DNA of 63,199 nt from Deltaproteobacteria bacterium. GTDB taxonomy: Bacteria > Myxococcota_A > UBA9160 > SMWR01. The translations under genes were made by a program, and so were the position numbers. The DNA is taken from assembly GCA_032128115.1 (NCBI GenBank), contig JAQBHB010000026.1, positions 1 through 63,199 on the forward strand, given 5' to 3'. This document shows, in pieces, positions 51,573 to 61,237 of the stretch. Within the stretch, counting starts at the first letter, position 1, and each line of letters opens with the position of its first letter. The notes below the pieces were generated by a model. That model searched no databases and was not told where the DNA came from. It saw only the letters and a list, made by a program, of their open reading frames with translations.

Positions 51573-52202
51573 GTGTCGACCTACCAGCGAAAAGACCACT
51601 TCCACCAGCGTGCCCAGCGCGAGGGCTTCCGATCGCGCGCGGCGTACAAATTGTTGGAGATCCAGAAGGCACATCGTCTGCTGAACAAGGGCCAGCGGGT
51701 GGCCGATCTGGGCTGCTGGCCCGGAAGCTGGATGCAGGTGGCCGCGCAGGGGGTGGGACCCGGCGGCCGCGTGGTGGGGGTCGACCTGGCGGCGATCGAT
51801 CCGCCCCTCGGACTCGACAACACCATCGCACTCTGCGGCGACCTCGCGGATCCGGAGATCGCCATGAAGCTACTCGCCGCGCTGGGCGGCCGGGCCGACG
51901 TGGTGCTCTCCGACGCCGCGCCCAAGCTCACGGGCATCCGCGACACCGACCGGGCGCACGAAGAGACACTGCTTTGCGCCATCGAGTCCCTGCTTCCGCG
52001 CCTGCTGCGCCCGGACGGGAGCCTGCTTCTCAAGCTGCTCGAGAGCCCGGAGGCCCAGGCCAGCGTCGGGCGCCTGCGCCTGGGATTTCAGCGCGCCCGC
52101 TCGGTCAAGACCGCAGCCACACGGCGCGGAAGTACGGAGCGCTACCTGCTGGCCAGCGGCTACATCGAGGTCTCTCCACCGCGATCCTTTCGAACTCCAT
52201 GA
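51573..52202 (+). CDS. rlmE: 23S rRNA Um2552 methyltransferase RlmE/FtsJ
   Basis: GFRSRAAYKLLEI, DLGCWPGSW, VVLSDAAP, STERY. Confidence 0.94.
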   Translation: MSTYQRKDHFHQRAQREGFRSRAAYKLLEIQKAHRLLNKGQRVADLGCWPGSWMQVAAQGVGPGGRVVGVDLAAIDPPLGLDNTIALCGDLADPEIAMKLLAALGGRADVVLSDAAPKLTGIRDTDRAHEETLLCAIESLLPRLLRPDGSLLLKLLESPEAQASVGRLRLGFQRARSVKTAATRRGSTERYLLASGYIEVSPPRSFRTP

Positions 52203-53737
52203 TCATCGACCTGCACAGATTCGATGCTTCGAAGCCGCTGAATACGGATTTCTGCGTCGTGGGAGGGGGCCCGGCCGGGATCACCCTGGCGAGGATGCTG
52301 GCGCAATCGACGCATCGGGACGTCGTGTTGCTGGAGGGCGGCGGCCTGGATCCCGAGGGCGACACGCAGGCGCTCTACGAAGGGGCGGTGGAATCCGATC
52401 TGGATTTCCCGATCGTGGACTACCTGGCGAAATCCCGCATTCGCGCCCTGGGTGGAAGCAGCTTCCACTGGTGGGCGTTCTGCCGGCGCTTCGACCGTCT
52501 GGATTTCGAAGTGCGGAACTGGGTTCCGGACAGCGGGTGGCCGATCACACTCGAAGATCTGCGGTCTTTCTACCCCGAGGCCGCAACGATCTGTGGGATT
52601 CGCGATTTCGACTACGACCCGAGTGCGACCCTCGTGGCCGATCCGCTGGGCGAGAAGCTGCTCGAGTTGCCGGGCAATCAGCCCGTGCTCTTCCACACCG
52701 GGATCCCGCCGGTGCGTTTTCGACAGGCCTACCAGGCCGAGCTCGGAAACGCCCGGAACATTCGGCTCTTCCTGCACGCCAACGTCACTGAACTCCTGCT
52801 CGATCCCTCTTTCCAGCGGCTGGAGCGCGTGCGCGCGAAGACGCTCGGGGGAAAGCAGATCGAGGTCCGCGCGCGGAATTTTGTACTTGCGACCGGCGGC
52901 ATCGAAAATGCCCGGCTCCTGTTGAATTCGGATGGCCAGATCGCGGGTGGGATCGGAAATCAGCACGATCGAGTGGGGCGCTATTTCATGGAGCACCCGC
53001 ATCTCGATCTCGGCATCTTGGTGCTTCCGAGTCGCGGGATTTCGGGCGGCATCTTCGACTACGGCCATCACAGTGATCGATTGAAGCAGCACGTGCTGGC
53101 CACCCTCGCACCGACGAGGGCGCTTCAAGAAAGAGCCGAGATCCTGAACGCTTCGGTCCAGCTGGTCGACCTGTCCGGATTTCCCGAAGGACTCGAATCG
53201 CCCCTGGACGATTCGGTGGTGAGACTCGCCGAGAACCTTTGGTTCCGGAGGCCAGGAATCGAAGCCAGGACGGAACCGGGGCAGAGGCTCTTTCTGCTCA
53301 AATCCCGCTGCGAGCAGGCTCCGAATCCCGAGAGCAGGGTTGCCCTGGTGTCGGATCGCGACGCGCTGGGGCAACGAAGAGTGAAGCTCCAGTGGCGGCT
53401 GACGGATCTCGACCGGCGATCCTGGCTCCGGTGGATGGAGCTCCTGGGGCGCGAGGTCGGCGCGGGGTTGGGTGGACGGGTCCGCACGCTCATTCCTTCG
53501 GACCGCTGGCCGTCTGGAATCGGCGGAAATCATCACATGGGCACGACCCGGATGCACAGGGATCCGAGCCAGGGTGTGGTCGATTCCAATTGTCGGGTAC
53601 ATGGGGTGGAAAATCTGTGGATTGCCGGCAGCTCGGTCTTCGCGACCTCCGGCGCCGCAAACCCCACCTTGACCCTGGTTGCGCTGGCCTTGCGCCTGGC
53701 CGCGCATCTCGAAACACGACCGGTCGATACGAGATGA
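52199..53737 (+). CDS. GMC family FAD oxidoreductase
   Basis: VVGGGPAG, LGGSSFHW, GGIENARLLL, HHMGTTRM, ANPTLT; ATGA overlap with rlmE. Confidence 0.92.
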   Translation: MIIDLHRFDASKPLNTDFCVVGGGPAGITLARMLAQSTHRDVVLLEGGGLDPEGDTQALYEGAVESDLDFPIVDYLAKSRIRALGGSSFHWWAFCRRFDRLDFEVRNWVPDSGWPITLEDLRSFYPEAATICGIRDFDYDPSATLVADPLGEKLLELPGNQPVLFHTGIPPVRFRQAYQAELGNARNIRLFLHANVTELLLDPSFQRLERVRAKTLGGKQIEVRARNFVLATGGIENARLLLNSDGQIAGGIGNQHDRVGRYFMEHPHLDLGILVLPSRGISGGIFDYGHHSDRLKQHVLATLAPTRALQERAEILNASVQLVDLSGFPEGLESPLDDSVVRLAENLWFRRPGIEARTEPGQRLFLLKSRCEQAPNPESRVALVSDRDALGQRRVKLQWRLTDLDRRSWLRWMELLGREVGAGLGGRVRTLIPSDRWPSGIGGNHHMGTTRMHRDPSQGVVDSNCRVHGVENLWIAGSSVFATSGAANPTLTLVALALRLAAHLETRPVDTR

Positions 53738-54162
53738 GCGATTCCATGGACCGACGCCAATTCATCGCCGCAGCCGCGTTGCTGACGGGGGGTGGCCTGA
53801 CCGCAGCCCTCTTCTGGTCGAAAGGCGAGGGCGGGGGCGACGCGGATCCGCTGGCCGTGCTCGACGCGCTGGCGTGCGAATCCGGGGGGAGCAATACGCT
53901 CGGCGACTGGTACCTGGCCAGGAATCCCGAGGTTTCGGATCCGGACCTCCTGATGCGCTCCATCTTCGGAAACGAAGGGCTCGAACTGCAGAGCCCGGCG
54001 AAGATGCAGGCGCGTCTGCGAGATCTGATTCGCCTGGACTATGAACAGGGCCATACCCTGCAAGCCGAGGGCTGGACCCTTTCGGTCCGAGAGCTGCAGT
54101 CGTGTGCGCTCGTGTTGCTGCAGCGCAGGAACGCCAGCGGTCGCGGTGGCGCCGATACCTGA
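53734..54162 (+). CDS. Small Tat-signal protein, probable partner of the GMC enzyme
   Basis: MDRRQFIAAAALL twin-arginine motif; IRLDYEQG...EGWTLS.RE C-terminus; ATGA overlap. Confidence 0.78.
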   Translation: MSDSMDRRQFIAAAALLTGGGLTAALFWSKGEGGGDADPLAVLDALACESGGSNTLGDWYLARNPEVSDPDLLMRSIFGNEGLELQSPAKMQARLRDLIRLDYEQGHTLQAEGWTLSVRELQSCALVLLQRRNASGRGGADT

Positions 54163-54179
54163 CGGTCATCGCCTCGCCG

Positions 54180-55376
54180 ATGTGCCGACTGTGTCAACAT
54201 GCAGGATCCGGCGGATCCCTGTCGAAGCTGAGAGCAGACGAAGCTACCGATCTGGAGCTCCCGGGCGGCGAGATGCACGCCTGGCTGCACGCATTGCGCG
54301 AGCGGGGCTCGGTGGTCCAGGTGCCCTTCGCGGGAAGCTCGGCCTGGCTGATCCTGGGTTACGAAGCACTCCACGCCGCGTTCAAGGGCGAAGTCATGTT
54401 TCCCGCCGGCGAGCACTACAAGCGCGCCATCGAGCCTAGCCAGGGTCGCACCTTCCAGGGGATCGACGGGCCCGAGCACCACGTGCTTCGAACCCTCGCC
54501 ACGCCGGCCTTCCGGCCCCGGGCGCTTCGCAGCTGGGAGGACGAGCTGCGACCCCTGGCCCACGAGCTCGTCGATCGCTTCGCCGCCGACGGGCGCGTGG
54601 ATCTCGTGAATTGCTTCACCAAGATCTATCCATTCCTGGTGATCTCGCGGATGCTCGGAATTCCGCGCGAGCGCGAGCAGGAGATGCACGGCTGGGCCAC
54701 CGCCATGCTGCGGTTCGATCCCCGGGCCAACGAGGAGTTCACCGAGTACATGCTGCCGGTGATGGCGCAGCGGCGGCGCGAACCCGAGGACGATGTGATC
54801 TCCGGCCTGCTTCAGGGGGATGTCGACGGGCGCAGCTTCTCCGACGAGGAGGTGATCTCCCACGTACGCCTGATCTTCTCGGCGGGAGCCACCACGACCT
54901 TCGACGCCATGGGGACGCTGCTCTACGCGCTGCTCACCCTGCCGGAAGTGCTCGAGCGGGTGAAGAGCGAAGAGGGGGCGCTGGAGAAGGGTGTCGAGGA
55001 ACTGCTGCGCTGGGAGACTCCGGTGGCAAATCTGCCGCGCCTGACGCTCACCGGCGGCGAGCTGGCTGGCGTCGAGATTCCCGCGAAATCCGTGGTCTTG
55101 TTCAGCATCACCGGCGCCAACCACGATCCCGCCGTCTTTCCCGATCCCGAGCGCTTCGATCTGGACCGCGATTCCGCCCGAAAGCTCAGCTTCGGGCTCG
55201 GCAGCCACTCGTGCCCGGGTCTCCACCTGGCGCGCAACGAGCTGCGCGTTGCCGCGGACGTGCTGCTTGCGCGGCTGCCCGAACTCCAGTTGGAGAACGA
55301 GGAAGTGGCTCGGCCCCGGGGCTTCGCCCTGCGTGGGACGCAGACGCTTCCGGTGCGCTTCCGTCCGGGTTCCTGA
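54180..55376 (+). CDS. Cytochrome P450
   Basis: EELLR (ExxR), DPERF, FGLGSHSCPG heme motif; start uncertain. Confidence 0.95.
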   Translation: MCRLCQHAGSGGSLSKLRADEATDLELPGGEMHAWLHALRERGSVVQVPFAGSSAWLILGYEALHAAFKGEVMFPAGEHYKRAIEPSQGRTFQGIDGPEHHVLRTLATPAFRPRALRSWEDELRPLAHELVDRFAADGRVDLVNCFTKIYPFLVISRMLGIPREREQEMHGWATAMLRFDPRANEEFTEYMLPVMAQRRREPEDDVISGLLQGDVDGRSFSDEEVISHVRLIFSAGATTTFDAMGTLLYALLTLPEVLERVKSEEGALEKGVEELLRWETPVANLPRLTLTGGELAGVEIPAKSVVLFSITGANHDPAVFPDPERFDLDRDSARKLSFGLGSHSCPGLHLARNELRVAADVLLARLPELQLENEEVARPRGFALRGTQTLPVRFRPGS

Positions 55377-55577
55377 GGGAACGCAGTGCGTCGCGTCGCC
55401 GTGGCATTCGGTGCGCGCCACCTCGCCCTGACACCTGGGCTCGACGCGCTCGTGCCTGCTGGGATGAGTTCCACGCCGCGATGAAGTTTGCCGCGTGGAC
55501 CCTGCCGAAATCTGCGCACGCCCGCCAATCTCGGCAGGGTCGAGGGATCGAGACGAGCCCTACGTGTGGCAGGGCGA

Positions 55578-55593
55578 CGGCACGGGCATTGCA
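55578..55593 (+). promoter_or_regulatory. Putative sigma-54 (-24/-12) promoter
   Basis: CGGCACGGGCATTGCA has GG-N10-GC spacing and is close to TGGCACGNNNNTTGCW; about 80 bp before the next CDS. Confidence 0.65.
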
Positions 55594-55670
55594 ATCTTGC
55601 ACTGCGGCGGATTGGCGTGCCGCACAGCCGTTGTGTGGAGATCGTCAGCCGCCACCCAAGGAGGTGAGCC

Positions 55671-56435
55671 ATGAAGATGAAAACGATGGCGATCGCTGCG
55701 GTGCTCCTCGTATCCACCGTCGGAGCTGCACGATCGGACGACGAACGCGAGTTTGGATCATCCGTAGTGATCATCGAGCTGACGGACAACGACATCGAGC
55801 TACAGGTATTCGTCGATGGAGAGTGGGCCAAACTGAAGATCAACGATTCCGAAGATCACAAGATCTTCGATGCCCGTACGGGAGGGCGCCTGAAACGACA
55901 GACCGGGGTCAGCGAGATGTTTTTCGCGTCGGAGCCCACCCATTATCTCGAAGACGAGCCGGAGTTCGACGGTACGATCGAGGAGTTCCTCAAGCGATTC
56001 CCGGAGGGCGTCTACGAGTTCGAGGGCAAGACCGTCGCAGGAGAGGAGGTCGAGGGCGAGGCGGTGCTCACCCACGTGCTGGCGGCTCTGCCCGAGATCG
56101 TTTCACCGGTCTCGGACACGGACGATCCGCCGGAGGTCGATCGCGACGACCTGGTGATCGAATGGGAGCCCGTGATGACACGCTTCATGGGCCCGGGTCC
56201 GGTCGAGATCATCGAGTACCAGGTGATCCTGGACGAGGTAGACCCCGAGCGGGAGATGGCCTGGGTCGATGGTCACACACGGCGAGCCCTGATCAACCTC
56301 CCGGGGACCGTCACGAGCCTGACGGTACCGCCGGAGTTCCTGGTGCCCGGCGCATCCTACGAGTTCGAGATCCTCGCGATCGAGGTCAGCGGAAACTCGA
56401 GCATCTCGGTGGGAGAGTTCGACGTCAGCGACTGA
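55671..56435 (+). CDS. Acidic secreted hypothetical protein, possible Fn3-like C-terminal domain
   Basis: AAGGAGGT RBS, signal peptide, LVIEWEPV...YQV...VTSLTVPPEFLVPGASYEFEILA. Confidence 0.7.
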   Translation: MKMKTMAIAAVLLVSTVGAARSDDEREFGSSVVIIELTDNDIELQVFVDGEWAKLKINDSEDHKIFDARTGGRLKRQTGVSEMFFASEPTHYLEDEPEFDGTIEEFLKRFPEGVYEFEGKTVAGEEVEGEAVLTHVLAALPEIVSPVSDTDDPPEVDRDDLVIEWEPVMTRFMGPGPVEIIEYQVILDEVDPEREMAWVDGHTRRALINLPGTVTSLTVPPEFLVPGASYEFEILAIEVSGNSSISVGEFDVSD

Positions 56436-56450
56436 AGCGACGAAACAGCA

Positions 56451-56487
56451 GGAACGGCATCGGCGACCGCACCGCCGGTGCCGTTCC
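56451..56487. terminator. Strong hairpin between convergent genes
   Basis: GGAACGGCATCGGCG-7 nt-CGCCGGTGCCGTTCC; no clear U tract. Confidence 0.6.
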
Positions 56488-56728
56488 GTCGGCGCACGGA
56501 TCTACCGGACTTGGGGACATCTCAAGAAAAAGTTGCGTTTCTGCGACGTCCGGTGAAAAGCGATTCTGTTGAACAGGAGCCGAGCGGGAACAGGCCCCAC
56601 ACCGGGTTCCTGGTTGCTGTTGATGGGAATTTCGAGCGACGTCTCCGCCGCCCAGCCCCAGCGCCTCGCGGGTCGGGTCCGGATCGTGTCGCAGGCTTCG
56701 AAGGGCGTTCCGTCGAGCATCTGACCGC

Positions 56729-58666
56729 TCAGTCATGAACGCCGTCGTGATCGGAAGTTGGCATCGCCTGCGGCTTACGGGGAACGTCCTGGCTGGTAAC
56801 CGGCGGGTCTTCGTCGCCCGGCGTGTCGGGAAGCGCCGCGTCCGGCCAAGTCAGGTCAGGCTCGGGATGGACCGGGGAGAGGGTTTGCAGGGCATCGGTA
56901 TCGAAGCTTCGCGAGGGCCCATGGGCTCGATTCCCCGACGGGTGATGGCTCGGCGAGCGCTCGCATGACCTCGTGGTTCCCGGAAAGCCCGGGTCTGCGA
57001 TCTCATCTCGGATCCTGGTCTTCGGGTCCCCGACCACGACGTCCATCCAACTCATGAAACTCGATGACATGTAATAGCTGTCGGCCAGGTTGAACCCCCG
57101 GAGGTAGCGATCGAAAAGGATGTCCGGATGCGCAATCGCACTCAGAAGGGGCTCGAACACGTATCCCTTCGCGCCTGTCACCCCCTCCGCAATCAGGTCG
57201 GCGATCAGCGATTGCCCATAGACCGGGGGTGTGGTGAAACTCCGGGCCGACGTCGAGACGAAGGTCTCGGCCAGTGCACCGGGCATCCACCCGAATCCCG
57301 GAATCGCGTGGTTCGTATCGTTGGCGTCGTTGCTTCCCCAGCTGGCGTAGCCGAGAACGCCGCTCTCGTCGTTGACGAAACGGTCCATCTCGTCGAGAAG
57401 GGTGTCGTAACCCGCCGCCGACGTGGTCGCGGCGGCTCGTCGAAGCCAGAGGTTGCCGGTACGGAGCGCGCTCCCGTCCTTCGTGGGGTCCACGTCGAAC
57501 ACGAATCGCCCCATTCGATCCGCTTTCGGCCCGCGGTCCAGGGCGAGCGCCGCGTTGTCGATCAACCGCACCACGTCCGTGTATGTGTAGCCTGTGAGAC
57601 GCGTAACCAGGAATACGCCGTGCGTCTTACGCGAAAACGGAAAGTCGGAGTGCACGATCGGGCTCAGTACGGCCCCGTCGCGAGAATCGATTCGGTCGGC
57701 GTACGGCCCCAGGATGAGCGTGAGCTCGGAATCCACCGATGCACGACTGAAGAATGAACCTGAGATGCGAAGAGGGACGCCCTTGGTCGTCACTACGTAG
57801 TTGATCTCGTCCAGGACGCCGGTCGACGTCAGAAACTCTTCGATCGGCACGCGAATCGAGTCGCTGAACGCCTGGAAGCTGATCGTCTCCTCGGCCGGAG
57901 CTGCGATGTGCACGATGTGATTTTTGGGGATGTGCCTGGCTCTGACGAAGTAACCAGCGATCTCCACGGAGATCGGTGAGTTGTCGTTGACGACCACGAG
58001 CACGTCATCATGGTTTCGATAGGTTCTGAAAACCGACAGGTCGAGGATCACGATACGTGTAGAAGAGGTTGAAACGGCCCCGTATGGGTCCGTCGCCGTT
58101 ACTGACATCGGGTAGGTGCCGGCAACTGGCTCGTGGAGATCGAAGAACAACGCCCACTGTTCCGTGCCGATGAGCGACTGGATCAGCTCCGCGTCGATCC
58201 GATCGACGCTTCCGTCGTTGTTCAGATCGAGGTACGGATTGGAGGCTCGCGCGTAGACGTCCAGACCGTAGACGTCCAGACAGTTGGGATGCGGAAAGTT
58301 GGGCCGCAGACGGCCATCGTCTTGTTCGATGTGGCTTTCGACAGTCGCCACATCCTGGAGCGTCACAGCCCCGTCCTCGTCGATGTCTCCCATCAGCACC
58401 TGGCGCACCAGCGAGAATTGGGGAACGCCCTCGGTGGCGTAGGTTACGGTTTGGCCGTCGGGGTCCCGTGCCCATACGTAGTACCCGAAGTCTCCTGCGT
58501 TCGGAGCTTCGATGTCCGTCGCGTTCTGGAACTGCGGCGGTCCGTTGAAAGACTGCGCTTGTGCGGCCGGCGCCATGTAGAGGCCGACGGAGGCACTCAA
58601 GGCAGCCTCGAACAGACGAGCAGCTGATCGGTGGCGCAGTACCGCCATGGATGTTCCTCGCGCCAC
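56729..58666 (-). CDS. TIGR03790-family protein with N-terminal Ig/cadherin-like and dockerin-like domains
   Basis: DVLVVVNDNSPISVEIAGYF, ASVDSEL, LVTRLTG, GVTGAKGYVFEP, GFNLADSYY, SWMDVVVGDP. Confidence 0.8.
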   Translation of the reverse strand: MARGTSMAVLRHRSAARLFEAALSASVGLYMAPAAQAQSFNGPPQFQNATDIEAPNAGDFGYYVWARDPDGQTVTYATEGVPQFSLVRQVLMGDIDEDGAVTLQDVATVESHIEQDDGRLRPNFPHPNCLDVYGLDVYARASNPYLDLNNDGSVDRIDAELIQSLIGTEQWALFFDLHEPVAGTYPMSVTATDPYGAVSTSSTRIVILDLSVFRTYRNHDDVLVVVNDNSPISVEIAGYFVRARHIPKNHIVHIAAPAEETISFQAFSDSIRVPIEEFLTSTGVLDEINYVVTTKGVPLRISGSFFSRASVDSELTLILGPYADRIDSRDGAVLSPIVHSDFPFSRKTHGVFLVTRLTGYTYTDVVRLIDNAALALDRGPKADRMGRFVFDVDPTKDGSALRTGNLWLRRAAATTSAAGYDTLLDEMDRFVNDESGVLGYASWGSNDANDTNHAIPGFGWMPGALAETFVSTSARSFTTPPVYGQSLIADLIAEGVTGAKGYVFEPLLSAIAHPDILFDRYLRGFNLADSYYMSSSFMSWMDVVVGDPKTRIRDEIADPGFPGTTRSCERSPSHHPSGNRAHGPSRSFDTDALQTLSPVHPEPDLTWPDAALPDTPGDEDPPVTSQDVPRKPQAMPTSDHDGVHD

Positions 58667-58956
58667 CGACTTGGCGATCTAGCCGACCCCGTCCGTTCTT
58701 CGGACGATGCAGGGCCCGAAGTATCGGCACCGCGCCCCATTAGCTTCTCGGTCTACCTGAGCGACACTTGAGTGAGTTCCCGCCTGGATTCGAGGCACGA
58801 TCAGGCCCCCGGTGCCAGATCTCGAGTACGGCAGGCTCAGGGGGCTATGGGCGGGCGCGCCCGCGGCGTCGAGAAGGCCCACATCGATGGCATCTTGGTA
58901 GGCGTTCGAATACTTTGCTTTCTGACGTCCCTGTTTGTGGAAGGAGGAACCCCCCC

Positions 58957-59436
58957 GTGTCCGATCGACCGTTTCGCATTCTGGGGGTGCAGCAGGTGGC
59001 CGTGGGCGCTCGCGACAAGGGGGGTCTGCGCAAGCTCTGGATCGAGCTGCTGGGTCTTCGGGAGACGGGCAACTTCCGCAGCGAGTCCGAGAACGTGGAC
59101 GAAGACATCGCGGTGGCCGGGTCCGGTCCCCTCTGTGTCGAGTTCGATCTCATGCAGCCCATCGACGAGGCGAAGCGCCCACGCGTGCACGAGCCCGCGC
59201 TCAACCACGTGGGCCTGTGGGTCGACGATCTCGAAGCGGCGGTCCACTGGCTCGGGGAGCAGGGAATGCGCTTCGCGCCCGGTGGCATCCGCACCGGGGC
59301 CTCCGGCCACGACGTCTGCTTCATCCACCCCAAGGGAAACGACGAGCTGCCCTTCGGCGGCGAGGGCGTCCTGATCGAGCTGGTGCAGGCGCCTCCCGAC
59401 GTGATCGATGCCTTCGCCAGGCTGGCCGAAGCCTGA
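58957..59436 (+). CDS. VOC / glyoxalase family protein (methylmalonyl-CoA epimerase-like)
   Basis: [51 protein letters not shown]. Confidence 0.88.
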   Translation: MSDRPFRILGVQQVAVGARDKGGLRKLWIELLGLRETGNFRSESENVDEDIAVAGSGPLCVEFDLMQPIDEAKRPRVHEPALNHVGLWVDDLEAAVHWLGEQGMRFAPGGIRTGASGHDVCFIHPKGNDELPFGGEGVLIELVQAPPDVIDAFARLAEA

Positions 59437-59839
59437 CCTGAGTGGGTGTGCGAGGGTGTCCCCAGGCGTCCGGGTGTGGTGCGCAGGTGTCCGGATCCCG
59501 CCGAATAATCGGTGGAATGCCCCTATTCGGGGGATTTCGGCAGATCCTCGCCGGTCTACGCTTTTCGTGTCTTCGCGTGCACGGGCACCCGGAACCCTCG
59601 GGCCCCATGCAGCGTCCAAGATGCGGGTTCGCCCACCGCGACGAGAGCGCAGTGTTCTCGGGGCTACCCCGCGGGGCCAAGATTCCGTCGGCGGGAAGGA
59701 TCGTTGATCGCCGGCTCGCAGGTGGTGTAGGGTTGCTTGTTATCCGTGCTCTGGGGCGTTTGCGGGCTCCGGAGACTTCCAGGGCCCCCTGCCCGACTCG
59801 GAGCGGGGCCACTGTCAGGATTCCCACAGGAGGTCCGCG

Positions 59840-61168
59840 ATGTCATCGCGTCCGACTCGATTTCTAGCGTTGTTCAGCGTTCTGGCCTTCACACTTCCGG
59901 CCTGGGGCCAGGGAGCGGAAGACGCGGGCAGCATGGCCCCCACCTTCAAGGAAGGCGACGTCATCCCCTTCGACCAGATCGAGAAGCTGCGTCCCTATCT
60001 CCCGAGCGAATTCTGGGACAACCGGGACTTCTTCTTCTACGAGGGCATGCGGCTCGAGATCGGGCCCACCCAGAAGGACTACGCGCCGGCGGGTCCGTAT
60101 ACCGATGCCACCGAGAAGTTCAAGGGTCAGGCGCGCATCGGCCCGGACAACGGTCTCGAGAACTACGTTGCGGGCCAGCCGTTCCCCATGGATGAGATCG
60201 ACTGCCTCGGGGATCCCCAGGCGGGCGTGAAGGTCATGTGGGACTTCGACTACCAGTGGAATGGGGGCGGCGGCAGCGCGAACTTCTACTACTCCTACTG
60301 GGACCGCGGCGAGGAGCTCCCGCTCTACTACCAGGGTACCGGTCGCACCGTCGATCTCTCCCACCGGCCCGAGGCCCAGTATCTGGACGACCAGAGCGGC
60401 GACATCTTCCGGGGCGAGAAGCGCAAGAACGCCTTCGGCGTGACGGTCGATGCTCCCTTCGACGCTCGCGGCATCGTGCTGCTGTCGTATCGCTACAAGA
60501 GCACCGATGGTCCGCGGGAGGGCGCCAAGAACGACGACACCTGGGTCTACGTGCCGACCCTGCGCCGGGTGAGGCGCATCTCGGCGGCCCAGCGCACCGA
60601 CGCAGTTGCCGGCACCGACTTCACGTTCGACGATCTCTTCAGCTTTGCCGGCATCGTCCCCCAGTATGAGTGGACCTGCCTCGGTGAGAAGCAGATGATC
60701 GCTCCCATGAACTCGAAGGTGAAGGCGTATCCGTACGACAAGGAGCACAACTTCGGGCCGTACGGCCTTTCCTACGCCGACGATCGCTGGGAGCTTCGCG
60801 ATACGATCATCGTGCGCATGACGCCCAAGAACAGCGATCATCCGTACCACCACAAAGACATCTACATCGACAAGCAGACCCTCAACGCCCACTACTCCTT
60901 CGCATACGACCAGAAGGAGGAACTGTGGAAGATCCTCTGGCACAACAAGCGCTGGAGCGAGGACGAATCTCTTGTGGGTCCGTGGTACGAAGCCTGGGAG
61001 GGCGTCGAGAGGCCCAACGATCTGATCGCGGTGAGTGACACCATCGTGAATGTCCAGACCGGCACCGGCAACCGGATCGAGTTCTGGGATCGCAACGGCG
61101 TGCCGCTCCAGAACAAGGGCAAGATCCGCCGCTTCATCGACGTCGGCCGCCTGACCAAGGGTCGATAG
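59840..61168 (+). CDS. DUF1329 family exported protein
   Basis: Signal peptide, AGQPFP, DDTWVYVPTLRRVRR, HPY...IYIDKQ, YDQKEELWK. Confidence 0.85.
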   Translation: MSSRPTRFLALFSVLAFTLPAWGQGAEDAGSMAPTFKEGDVIPFDQIEKLRPYLPSEFWDNRDFFFYEGMRLEIGPTQKDYAPAGPYTDATEKFKGQARIGPDNGLENYVAGQPFPMDEIDCLGDPQAGVKVMWDFDYQWNGGGGSANFYYSYWDRGEELPLYYQGTGRTVDLSHRPEAQYLDDQSGDIFRGEKRKNAFGVTVDAPFDARGIVLLSYRYKSTDGPREGAKNDDTWVYVPTLRRVRRISAAQRTDAVAGTDFTFDDLFSFAGIVPQYEWTCLGEKQMIAPMNSKVKAYPYDKEHNFGPYGLSYADDRWELRDTIIVRMTPKNSDHPYHHKDIYIDKQTLNAHYSFAYDQKEELWKILWHNKRWSEDESLVGPWYEAWEGVERPNDLIAVSDTIVNVQTGTGNRIEFWDRNGVPLQNKGKIRRFIDVGRLTKGR

Positions 61169-61191
61169 TCGCAGGCGCCAGGGGCGAGACT

Positions 61192-61228
61192 CGGGGCCGG
61201 GGCGGCAGCGCCTCGGCCCCGTTCGTTT
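61192..61228 (+). terminator. Rho-independent terminator candidate
   Basis: CGGGGCCGGGGCG-GCAG-CGCCTCGGCCCCG followed by TTCGTTT. Confidence 0.6.
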
Positions 61229-61237
61229 GGGGTAGCG

